In this document: piece by piece, positions 25,427 to 33,479 of the stretch
Layout: every line of letters begins with the position of its first letter
Numbering within the stretch: position 1 is the first letter of the stretch
Assembly (NCBI GenBank): GCA_964547085.1
Contig: CAZJMO010000002.1
Coordinates: 345 to 33,823 of the forward strand
Direction: 5' to 3'
Source of the DNA: an uncultured Fibrobacteraceae bacterium
Lineage (GTDB): Bacteria > Krumholzibacteriota > Krumholzibacteriia > LZORAL124-64-63
Length of the DNA stretch: 33,479 nt
Position numbers and translations under genes: made by a program
The notes under the pieces: generated by a model
What the model was told of the DNA's origin: nothing
Seen by the model: the letters and a program-made list of their open reading frames with translations, nothing else
Database searches by the model: none

Positions 25427-26326
25427 ATGAAGCGATACTCCTTTCTGTACATTCCCGAAGGCGATGGACGCAGCCGCGAGTTCAGGATTCCCCGTTGGGT
25501 GTTCCTGGCGTTGGGGGCGGCGTTCGTGACGCTGTTACTGGGTACCGGGCTCTATGTGGTGGATTGCTCGCTGGGCGCGGCCTGGCAGCCGGGCGGTTCG
25601 CCGCTCGCGCACGCGAATGCGGAGCTGCAGCAGGACGTCCAGCACTTCCAGACGAGGGTGTCGGCGCTTCAGCAGGATCTGGACTCGGTGTTCGCGTACC
25701 AGCAGATGGTGGCCGCGGCCGTGGATATCGCGCCGCTCGATCCGGAGACCCGCGCCGGCGGCATCGGCGGTCGCGCGCCGTTGCAGGTGACCGGCGAACG
25801 ACTCGGATTCGCCGTGTCGTCGGACCCCGAGTCGTTGCTGCGTCAGGCGCGGATTCAGCACCAGGGCATGGCGGCGTTGCTCGATACCCTGACCGCGCGC
25901 CGGGCCGTCCGTGACCGGATCCCGTCGATCCGCCCGTGCGACATCGGCTGGCTGAGTTCGCGATTCGGCATGCGCCGAGACCCCTTCACCGGCAAGCAGA
26001 CCTTCCATCGCGGTCTCGATTTCAGCCTGCCGCTGGGCACGCCCGTGCGGGTCACCGCCGACGGCGTCGTGCGGTCGGTCGAGAAGCAACGCGGCCTGGG
26101 CCGTGCGGTGAAGGTCGACCACGGCGGCGGTGTGGTGACGATCTACGCACACCTGCAGGAAGCCAAGGTCAAGAAGGGGCAGAAGGTCCGTCGCGGCGAC
26201 ATCGTGGCGCTGTCGGGCAACACCGGCCGCTCGACCGGGCCGCATCTCCACTACGAAGTGCGGATCGGCAACCGCGTGGTCAATCCCCTGACGTATATCC
26301 TGGACACCTACGCCGAGCGACGTTGA
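25427..26326 (+). CDS. M23/LytM-family peptidase with N-terminal membrane anchor and coiled-coil
   Basis: The M23 catalytic motifs are HRGLD (HxxxD) and GPHLHYEV (HxH). The start is set at MKRYSFLYIP. An alternative ATG lies at 25367. Confidence 0.85.
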   Translation: MKRYSFLYIPEGDGRSREFRIPRWVFLALGAAFVTLLLGTGLYVVDCSLGAAWQPGGSPLAHANAELQQDVQHFQTRVSALQQDLDSVFAYQQMVAAAVDIAPLDPETRAGGIGGRAPLQVTGERLGFAVSSDPESLLRQARIQHQGMAALLDTLTARRAVRDRIPSIRPCDIGWLSSRFGMRRDPFTGKQTFHRGLDFSLPLGTPVRVTADGVVRSVEKQRGLGRAVKVDHGGGVVTIYAHLQEAKVKKGQKVRRGDIVALSGNTGRSTGPHLHYEVRIGNRVVNPLTYILDTYAERR

Positions 26327-26412
26327 CGCGTTCGGCGAGGCTTGGCAGCCGCGGACGGCTGTGCTAGGCTCTGGCCGCGTCGGCGAAAGGATCCGCCGGC
26401 CTTGCGGGTAGG

Positions 26413-27750
26413 ATGCCGCCTGTCATGCGCGAGTCCCGATTCTCGAAACTGAGCCCTTGTCCGTTCACCGCGGGACTCCTGGTCCTCGCGGCGTTCGTGT
26501 GTCTGGGCGAAATCGCCACGGGCGCGACCGTCCAGCGGGTACGCTGGTTCTCGGCGCCGGATCACACGCGGGTGGTGCTGGATCTCGACGGTCCCGCGGA
26601 TTACGAGGTCCGCCGGGTGGCCGATCCCGAGCGTCTGGCCGTCAACGTCGCCGGTTTCCGGTTCGCCGCGACCGCGGCGATCGCGGTGAACGACGGCTTG
26701 ATCCGCGGCCTCCGGCACAACCAGGGGCGCGCGCGGGCCCAGTTGGTGCTGGACCTCGAGCAGGCGTCCCGGTTCCGGCATTTTCGTCTACGCGCTGCCG
26801 ACGGCCGGCCGGATCGGATCGTGGTGGACGTGTTCCACGATCCAGGGGAAGCTGCGCCAAGGGAGGTCGAGACGCCGGCGGCGCCGATCTTCAGGGTGAT
26901 CGTCGATCCCGGCCACGGCGGCCTGGATCCCGGCGCGATCCGCGACGACGTGCAGGAAAAGGATATCGTCCTGGACGTGAGCCGACGGTTGCGTACGATT
27001 CTCGCGGCCCTACCGGGCTACGAGGTCGTCTTGACGCGGGACCGGGACTGGTATCCCAGCCTCGCCGACCGTGTCCGGACGGCGGCGGAGCAGGATGGAG
27101 ACCTGTTCGTCTCCATCCACTGCAACACGCACCGACGGTCCTCGGTGCGGGGTATGGAGGTCTATTTCCTGTCGCTGCAGGGCGCGAGCGATCGCGAGGC
27201 CCAGGAACTGGCGGACAAGGAGAACGCGGCCGACCTCGTCGGACTGGCGCCGGGCGATCCGGCCAGCGATGTCGTGCTGTCGCTGCTGAAGGATCTGGCC
27301 ATCACGGGCGTGTAGCCGCTTTCCAGTCGGCTCGCGCATTCGGTGTAGGCAGCGGCGGACGCCGATGGATTACCCGTCCGGCGGGTCAAGCAGGCCAGGT
27401 TCCAGGTGCTGCGGTCGTTGGCCATGCCGTCGGCGCTGGTGGAACTGGCCTACATGTCCAACGCGGAGGATCGGCGCCTGATGGTCGGAGCAGCCGGACG
27501 CCAGCAGCTGGCGGAGGCGTTGGCGAAGGGGATCCTGGATTACCGCCGCGACGCGGAGACGCTGGCGGCGCGTGCGCCGGCGGCGCGCTGGGACAGCCAT
27601 TACAAGGTGCGTCGGGGGGACAACCTCTGGCGCCTGGCGCGACGTCACGAGACCACGGTGGCGGAGATCCGCCAGCACAACAACCTGCGAACAGACCGGA
27701 TCCGAGCCGGTCAGTACCTGAGCTTGCCGGAGGGACGACCAGAGCCGTGA
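26413..27750 (+). pseudogene. AmiC-like N-acetylmuramoyl-L-alanine amidase (AMIN + Amidase_3 + LysM) interrupted by two in-frame TAG codons
   Basis: Track ORFs 26413..27315 and 27406..27750 are in the same frame. Amidase_3 motifs (VDPGHGGLDPGA, FVSIHCN) lie before the stops. RFQVLRSLAMPSALVELAYMSN and a LysM repeat (YKVRRGDNLWRLA) lie after them. The TAGs are at 27313 and 27346. Confidence 0.7.
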
Positions 27751-28679
27751 AGAATCTGCTCTTGAAAATCGCCTGCGTCGTGGTCGCGGTCCTGGTGTGG
27801 ATCCAGGTGGCGGCCACCACGATGGTCGAGACGGACATCGGGCTGCCGCTGGAAGTGGTGGGCCTGCAGGGCGGCACGACCGTGGCCGGAAGCACGTTGC
27901 CGGACCTCGCTCAGGTCCGCCTGCGCGCGCCCAAGTTGTCGTTCATGGCGCACGATTATCTCGGTGTGTCGATGGGCACCGTCCAGATCGACCTCGCCAA
28001 CGAGAAGCCGGGACCGCCCACGGTGTACGTGCTCAAGGAAAGCGACGTGCGCACCGACGCGGAGGTCGTCACGCTGCTGCCGCCGGTGCGACTGCCGATG
28101 CGCCTGGACTGGGAGGATACGCGCCGTCTGCCGGTGCGGGTTCCGCTGCGCGGGGACGTGCCGGAGGACCGGATGCTCGCCGGCGTGGTCACGGCGAATC
28201 CCGAGAGCCTCGATGTCACCGGCCCCCGACGCTACTTCAACGGCGTGGATTCGCTCCGTACCGAGGTCGTGGATCTGGCGACGATGGACAAGACCATGGC
28301 GCGCGACATTCCGCTGATTCCGCCGCCGGGGCCGCTGCAGGTGGGGCGTGAATCGGTGCTGGTCACCGTACCGATCACCGTGCTGGACGAGCGGGTGCTG
28401 GCCAACGTCCCGGTCATTCCACTGGTGGAGAGCATGCTGGGCGAGGCCGGTGTTTCGCCTCCGGTTTGCGATGTCCTGGTCCGCGGGCCGGCCGATTCGG
28501 TGGCCGCTCTCTCGCCCTCCCGGTTGACGGTGACCGTGCCGGTGGCTGGGCTGGGGCCGGGCGTCCATCAGATCGAGGGCCAAGTGGAGTACCCGGACTG
28601 GGCGGTCTCCGTGCGGCTGGAACCCGCGTCGTTCATGGTCCTGGTGGGCGAACGCCCGACCGGGGAGTCGCCGCGATGA
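27747..28679 (+). CDS. YbbR-domain protein (CdaR-like)
   Basis: The GTG start overlaps the amidase stop (GTGA). There is one N-terminal TM helix (LLLKIACVVVAVLVWIQV). Repeated YbbR-like beta-rich modules follow. Only the 3' part of the 740-aa track ORF is used. Confidence 0.65.
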   Translation: MKNLLLKIACVVVAVLVWIQVAATTMVETDIGLPLEVVGLQGGTTVAGSTLPDLAQVRLRAPKLSFMAHDYLGVSMGTVQIDLANEKPGPPTVYVLKESDVRTDAEVVTLLPPVRLPMRLDWEDTRRLPVRVPLRGDVPEDRMLAGVVTANPESLDVTGPRRYFNGVDSLRTEVVDLATMDKTMARDIPLIPPPGPLQVGRESVLVTVPITVLDERVLANVPVIPLVESMLGEAGVSPPVCDVLVRGPADSVAALSPSRLTVTVPVAGLGPGVHQIEGQVEYPDWAVSVRLEPASFMVLVGERPTGESPR

Positions 28680-28718
28680 GGCCGGGCGTGCGGTGGGCCC
28701 GGCCGAGCATCCCTGTGT

Positions 28719-29561
28719 GTGTGGGGTTTGCGTTCCTGGTGCTCGGCTTCTCGCACAGACGGGGCGTTCCTGGTCCGGGCGCCCGACGCCGGGCCGCGGC
28801 GTTGCCAGGCGCTGGAGACACTGATGACGTTCCTCGAGCAACAGGCGAACGTGGAATTGCGGCTGGCCGTGGCGCCGGACCGCGAGACGTTCTCGGCGTC
28901 GTTGCCGGGGGCGCTGGTGGCGCTGTGTCCGGACGGCGTAGCGATCGGTTTGCAGAGCACCTCGTGGCAGGCTCTGGCGACGGGGCGTCGGCGGGTTCCC
29001 TGGAATCTCCGACCGGTCGCCGTCCTGGTCAGCCGGTTGGGGACCCCCGGTGGCGAGACGCCCTGGAGCACGGCTCCCGGCCGGACCGCGTTCGGGGACT
29101 CGTTGTCGCTGGTATGCCTCGCGCCGCTGTGCGAGGGCGACGCCGCGGCGTCCCGCCCGGCCGGCGTGACCTGGGGCCGCGATCCCTACGACCACCGGGC
29201 CCTGGTGGCGGCCGCCGCGTACGGTGCGTTCGACCATGTGGTGGCCCGGCAATGGGATGTCGCAGCCGTGCAGGCGACGGGTGTTCTGGATCCCAACCAG
29301 TGGCGGGTCCGGCGCCTGTCGGATCCCATGCCGGATGTCGTGGTTCTCGGTTCTCGTCGCCTGACTTCGACCGCGCGTCTGGATCTGCAACAGGCCCTGG
29401 CGGTGCTCGGCCGCGAGTCCGGCGAGCAGACACCGCAACAGGCCAGCGTCCGCGCTCATCTGGGGCAACTGGGTCTCGACGGATTCAACCTGCTGCTCAC
29501 GCCGGATTTCGACCGGATCCGCCGCCGCTTCTGCGCTTGCTGGCCCGGCACGACTGATTGA
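28719..29561 (+). CDS. PhnD/SsuA-like periplasmic substrate-binding protein (N-terminus uncertain)
   Basis: Segments such as ALVAAAAYGAFDHVVARQWDVAAVQATGVLDPNQWRVRRLSDPMPDVVV resemble the PhnD-type binding fold as I recall it. No signal peptide is present in this frame (see findings). Confidence 0.45.
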   Translation: MWGLRSWCSASRTDGAFLVRAPDAGPRRCQALETLMTFLEQQANVELRLAVAPDRETFSASLPGALVALCPDGVAIGLQSTSWQALATGRRRVPWNLRPVAVLVSRLGTPGGETPWSTAPGRTAFGDSLSLVCLAPLCEGDAAASRPAGVTWGRDPYDHRALVAAAAYGAFDHVVARQWDVAAVQATGVLDPNQWRVRRLSDPMPDVVVLGSRRLTSTARLDLQQALAVLGRESGEQTPQQASVRAHLGQLGLDGFNLLLTPDFDRIRRRFCACWPGTTD

Positions 29562-29661
29562 CCCATATTGGAACCCTCGGGACCGGCGGTGGCTGTAAAG
29601 GAACCGCTGTGCTACTGTTCGGCCCGTTGGATGGATTGCTGGATCGAGAGAGGACGGCCCG

Positions 29662-30936
29662 ATGAATCTGAAGTATCGCCGGCTCAAGGGAACCCGCGAC
29701 ATCATGCTCGAAGAAGTCGAGCGCTGGCGCTGGTGCGAGGAGCGCTGGATCGAGACGCTCGTCCGGTACGGCTACGGCGAGATCCGCACCCCGGTGATCG
29801 AGCCCGTGGACCTGTTCCAGCGCTCGATCGGCGAGGGCACCGACGTCGTCGACAAGGAGATGTACGCCTTCGAGACCAAGGGCGGCGACCATCTCGTGTT
29901 GCGGCCCGAGATGACCGCCTCGGTCGTGCGCGCGTACCTGGAGAACGGTCTGACCCGCCAGCCGGGCACCGTGAAGTTCTGGTACATGGCGCCGATGTTC
30001 CGTCACGACCGGCCCCAGGCGGGACGGTACCGCCAGTTCCACCAGATCGGGGTCGAGGCGCTGGGGTCGGACAGTCCGGTCCTCGACGTGGAGGTCATCC
30101 AGACCCTGCTCGCCCTCTTCGACGCGGTGGACGCCCGCGGCCTGACGCTGATCCTCAACAGCATCGGTTGTCCGGCGTGCCGACCGGCGTTCGTGGAGAG
30201 TCTGCGGCGGTATCTCGACGCCAACATCGAGCGGATCCCGCACCAGTTCCGTAACCGCATCGAGGTGAATCCCCTGCGGCTCTACGACGCCAAGGACGAC
30301 ACCGTGCTCGACGTCATTGCGGGACACTCGCCGATCTCCGATCATCTCTGCGACGATTGCCGCCGTCATCACGACGCGGTATGCGAGGGCCTGACCGATC
30401 TGGGCATCGCCTTTGAGAACGACGCCACGCTGGTCCGTGGTCTGGATTATTACAGCCGGACCACCTTCGAGGTCACCGCGCGCAGCGAGCGCAAGCAGAG
30501 CAGCCTCGCCGGGGGCGGCCGTTACGACGGTCTGGTGGCGCAGTGCGGCGGGCCGGCGACACCGGCGATCGGGTTCTCCGTGGGTGTGGAGCGCACGCTC
30601 CTGCACCTGAACGACGATCCGGTCGACCTGCAGCGCAGCCGGCAGTCGGTGGTCGATGTCTACGTCGCGTGCATGGGTGATGCCGCGGCGAGATTCGCGC
30701 TGGCCAAGGCCGATATCCTCCGCGACATCTGCCGCGTCGAGATCGACTACAGCGGCCGGTCGCTGAAAGCCCAGGCCAAGGCGGCCAACCAGCGCCTGGC
30801 CAGGGTCATGCTCATCGCGGGCGACGACGAGGTCGACGCCCGCAACTTCCAACTCAAGGTCCTGGCCACGGGGGAACAGACCGCCGTGGCCTGCGACGAG
30901 ATTCTGACGGCCGTTCGGGAGGTCCTGGGACAGTGA
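29662..30936 (+). CDS. hisS: Histidine--tRNA ligase
   Basis: The sequence reads [15 protein letters not shown]...[17 protein letters not shown]...DKEMYAF...[13 protein letters not shown]...[15 protein letters not shown]. These are class II motifs typical of HisRS. Confidence 0.9.
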   Translation: MNLKYRRLKGTRDIMLEEVERWRWCEERWIETLVRYGYGEIRTPVIEPVDLFQRSIGEGTDVVDKEMYAFETKGGDHLVLRPEMTASVVRAYLENGLTRQPGTVKFWYMAPMFRHDRPQAGRYRQFHQIGVEALGSDSPVLDVEVIQTLLALFDAVDARGLTLILNSIGCPACRPAFVESLRRYLDANIERIPHQFRNRIEVNPLRLYDAKDDTVLDVIAGHSPISDHLCDDCRRHHDAVCEGLTDLGIAFENDATLVRGLDYYSRTTFEVTARSERKQSSLAGGGRYDGLVAQCGGPATPAIGFSVGVERTLLHLNDDPVDLQRSRQSVVDVYVACMGDAAARFALAKADILRDICRVEIDYSGRSLKAQAKAANQRLARVMLIAGDDEVDARNFQLKVLATGEQTAVACDEILTAVREVLGQ

Positions 30937-32714
30937 ACCGCAAAGAGACGACAGCATTGCGTACGCATCACTGCGGCGACATCAACACCGGTCTGGTAGG
31001 CCAGACCGTGCACTTGGCCGGGTGGGCCGGCAAGATCCGCGACATGGGCGGGGTCGCCTTCGTCGATCTGCGCGACCGCTGGGGCGAGATCCAGGTCGTC
31101 TGCGAGGACGGCGCGCCCCGTGACATGGCGGGAGAGTTCAAGCTGGAAAGCGTGCTGCACGTGATCGGCGAGGTCCGGCCGCGCCCCGAGGGTATGGTCA
31201 ACGTGGACAAGCCCACGGGCGCCGTCGAGGTCGTCGCGCGCGAGGTCACCATCCTGAATACGAGCGCCCCGCTGCCCTTCCCGCTCGAACATGCCGACCG
31301 CGTGGACGAGGAGATGCGCCTGAAGTATCGCTATCTCCACCTGCGCCGGCCCGAGATGATGCACAACCTGGTCGTGCGTCACCACGCCGCCATGGCCGCG
31401 CGCCGGTTCCTGGCGGAACGCGAGTTCCTCGAGGTCGAGACGCCGCTCCTGATCAAGACCACCCCCGAGGGCGCGCGCGACTACGTCGTTCCGAGCCGGG
31501 TCCATCACGGTCAGTTCTACGCGTTGCCGCAATCGCCGCAGCTCTACAAGCAGATCCTGATGGCCAGCGGGGTCGACCGCTACTTCCAGCTGCCGCGTTG
31601 CCTGCGCGACGAGGATCTGCGGAAGGATCGGCAGCCGGAGCACACGCAGATCGACATCGAGATGAGCTTCGTCCGCGAGACCGACATCTACGCGCTGGTC
31701 GAGGAGATGATGGCGACGATCTTCGCCGAGGCGGCCGGCATCACGCTGGAGACGCCGTTCCCGCGCATCCGCTACGACGACGCGATGAACCTCTACGGTT
31801 CGGACAAGCCCGACCTGCGCTTCGGTCATCCGATCCAGAACCTCGACGACCTGGCGCCCGGTTGCGGCTTCGGCGTTTTCGAGGGTGCCCTGGAGAAGGG
31901 CGGCACGGTCCGCTGCCTGCGCGCGCCCGGGCTGGCGACGTACAGCCGCAAGCAGGTGGATGAACTCGAAGCGATGGTCAAGAAGCGCGGCCTCGCGGGG
32001 CTGGCGCGGACGAAGGCCACCGCCGACGGTTTCGACACCGGTATCGCCAAGTTCCTGTCCGCGGAGTTCCAGGCCGCGCTGTACCAGCGGCTGGGCTGCC
32101 AGGAGGGCGACCTGGTCCTCTTCGGCGCCGGACCGTCCGCCAAGGTCCTGCCCGCGCTGGGCGAACTTCGCTGTACGATCGCCGCGCGCGAGAACTGGAT
32201 CCCGGAGGATAGCTGGGCGCTGGCATGGGTCCACGACTTCCCGCTCTTCGAGGCCAACGAGGACGGCGGCTGGACCGCCTGCCATCACATGTTCACGATG
32301 CCCCGGGACGAGTTCGTGGACACGCTCGCGGACGATCCCGGCGCCGTGCGCGCGCAGCTCTACGACCTCGTCTGCAACGGCGTCGAGCTGGGATCCGGCA
32401 GCATCCGGATCCACAAGCGCGCGCTGCAGGAACAGATCTTCCAGCTGGTGGGCATGAAGTCCGAGGAGTACCTGGCGAAGTTCGGATTCTTCCTCGAGGC
32501 GCTGGGCTACGGGGCGCCGCCGCACGGCGGAATCGCGCTCGGGCTCGACCGTCTGGTGATGCTGCTCTGCGGGGCGCCGAGTCTGCGCGAAGTCATCGCG
32601 TTCCCGAAGACCACACTGGCGGCGTCGCCGCTGGATGGTGCGCCGGGGACCATCAGCGAGGCGCAGCTCAAGGAACTGAACCTGGCGATCGTGCCGCCGA
32701 AGGACGCCGACTGA
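30933..32714 (+). CDS. aspS: Aspartate--tRNA ligase
   Basis: The GTG start overlaps the hisS stop (GTGA). The sequence reads RTHHCGD...[22 protein letters not shown]...[16 protein letters not shown]...[17 protein letters not shown] at 30957 is an alternative start. Confidence 0.9.
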   Translation: MNRKETTALRTHHCGDINTGLVGQTVHLAGWAGKIRDMGGVAFVDLRDRWGEIQVVCEDGAPRDMAGEFKLESVLHVIGEVRPRPEGMVNVDKPTGAVEVVAREVTILNTSAPLPFPLEHADRVDEEMRLKYRYLHLRRPEMMHNLVVRHHAAMAARRFLAEREFLEVETPLLIKTTPEGARDYVVPSRVHHGQFYALPQSPQLYKQILMASGVDRYFQLPRCLRDEDLRKDRQPEHTQIDIEMSFVRETDIYALVEEMMATIFAEAAGITLETPFPRIRYDDAMNLYGSDKPDLRFGHPIQNLDDLAPGCGFGVFEGALEKGGTVRCLRAPGLATYSRKQVDELEAMVKKRGLAGLARTKATADGFDTGIAKFLSAEFQAALYQRLGCQEGDLVLFGAGPSAKVLPALGELRCTIAARENWIPEDSWALAWVHDFPLFEANEDGGWTACHHMFTMPRDEFVDTLADDPGAVRAQLYDLVCNGVELGSGSIRIHKRALQEQIFQLVGMKSEEYLAKFGFFLEALGYGAPPHGGIALGLDRLVMLLCGAPSLREVIAFPKTTLAASPLDGAPGTISEAQLKELNLAIVPPKDAD

Positions 32715-33479
32715 TGAGTGGGGGCGGGCAGCAGCGGACCGAAGAAATCCGTTTCGACCTGCAGGGTGTCGATCAGATGGCCCTGTGCGGCCCGGCCGAC
32801 CAGAACCTGCGGCGGCTGGAACGCCGCTTCGACGGCACGGTGTCCGCGCGCGGCGACCTGCTGCGCATCGTCGGGCCGGTGGAACAGGTGCCCCTGATCC
32901 GTGATGTCGTGGCGGACCTGATTGAACGGGTTCGCCGCGGCCAGCGTATCGACGCGGTGACCGTGGACTACCTGTTGGCCGGGCGCGGGCAGCGGGAACC
33001 GGCGGAGGAATTCCTGGGCGACGGCGAGCAGGAGACCCTGCTGCACGGCAGCGGTTCGCGACGGCCGATCCGGGTCAAGACCGCTGGCCAGCAACGGTAC
33101 GCCGATGCGGTGCGCGACCACGATGTCGTGTTCGCCGTCGGGCCGGCCGGCACCGGCAAGACCTACCTCGCGGTCGTGATGGCGATGGATTACCTCAGAC
33201 GGAATCTCGTCGACCGCATCATCCTGGTGCGGCCGGCGGTGGAGGCGGGGGAGCAGCTGGGATTCTTGCCGGGCGACCTGCAGGAGAAGATCAATCCGTA
33301 CCTGCGGCCGCTCTACGACGCGCTCTCGGACGTGCTGGGGCCGGCGCGGATCGGCAAGTACATGGAGTCGGGAATCATCGAGGCCACGCCGCTGGCATAC
33401 ATGCGCGGTCGGACGTTGAACAACGCCTTTGTGATCCTGGACGAGGCCCAGAATACCACCGTGGGCCAGATGAAGATGT
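32714..33479 (+). CDS. phoH: PhoH-family ATPase, N-terminal part (3' end lies outside the window)
   Basis: The ATG overlaps the aspS stop by 1 nt. It has Walker A FAVGPAGTGKTYLAV, then VRPAVEAGEQLGFLPGDLQEKINPYLRPLYDAL and RGRTLNNAFVILDEAQN. The frame is open to the window end, so it is absent from the ORF track. Confidence 0.85.
   Translation, partial: MSGGGQQRTEEIRFDLQGVDQMALCGPADQNLRRLERRFDGTVSARGDLLRIVGPVEQVPLIRDVVADLIERVRRGQRIDAVTVDYLLAGRGQREPAEEFLGDGEQETLLHGSGSRRPIRVKTAGQQRYADAVRDHDVVFAVGPAGTGKTYLAVVMAMDYLRRNLVDRIILVRPAVEAGEQLGFLPGDLQEKINPYLRPLYDALSDVLGPARIGKYMESGIIEATPLAYMRGRTLNNAFVILDEAQNTTVGQMKM

Noticed and set aside
27313-27348. I considered genome-wide reassignment of TAG (stop-codon recoding or pyrrolysine) as the explanation for the amidase stops.
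   Set aside because: At least five well-supported genes in this window terminate at TAG exactly where homology or C-terminal features end, so TAG functions as a stop here. Local read-through or pseudogenisation remains possible and is reported as a finding.
26457-27746. This is the N-terminal 430 aa of the 740-aa track ORF 26457..28679.
   Set aside because: This portion is off-frame over the amidase gene and has an Arg/Gly/Pro-rich translation. Only the part from GTG 27747 onward (TM helix plus YbbR repeats) looks like a real protein.
1-33479. I looked for CRISPR arrays, transposases, integrases, IS ends, and toxin-antitoxin or known defence genes.
   Set aside because: I saw no regularly spaced direct repeats and no recombinase, transposase, nuclease or reverse-transcriptase motifs in any credible ORF. 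The only repeats are the short motifs reported above.

Overview
This is a high-GC bacterial chromosomal window, roughly two-thirds GC by eye and not computed. It uses Shine-Dalgarno-type RBSs (GGAGG/GAAGG) and shows type IX secretion hallmarks, which suggests an FCB-superphylum-like or related lineage. That lineage assignment is inference only. The flanks are ordinary housekeeping genes. On the left are an rfbB tail, a B3/4-domain protein, an M28+PDZ peptidase, a CDF transporter, an acyl-CoA ligase, mutY, an Rrf2 regulator and rlmN. On the right are an lpxH-like gene, htrA, a short RpoD-type sigma factor, an M23 peptidase, an AmiC-like amidase, a YbbR protein, a PhnD-like binding protein, hisS, aspS and phoH. 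The unusual part is about 7.8-21.3 kb. It starts with two sigma-54 enhancer-binding proteins: an NtrC-type response regulator and a 1026-aa TPR-GAF-AAA+ protein. Next comes a ~1 kb lower-GC non-coding spacer that I read as carrying two tandem -24/-12 promoters. The first promoter appears to drive a ~310-nt structured RNA ending at a helix plus T-run. The second fronts a four-gene envelope module: an FN3-like lipoprotein, a DUF4384 protein with a Trp/Tyr-rich block and a long Arg/Ser/Thr tail, an M6-like T9SS cargo protein that has lost both zinc-binding histidines, and a PorV/PorQ-like barrel. A 9-mer (TTCCCGAAA) occurs three times in the window, only in the intergenic DNA of this module. Separately, the amidase gene is interrupted by two in-frame TAG codons while conserved sequence continues through them. 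No CRISPR array, tRNA/rRNA or mobile element was recognised. Many long antisense or off-frame ORFs in the track are GC-driven shadows.
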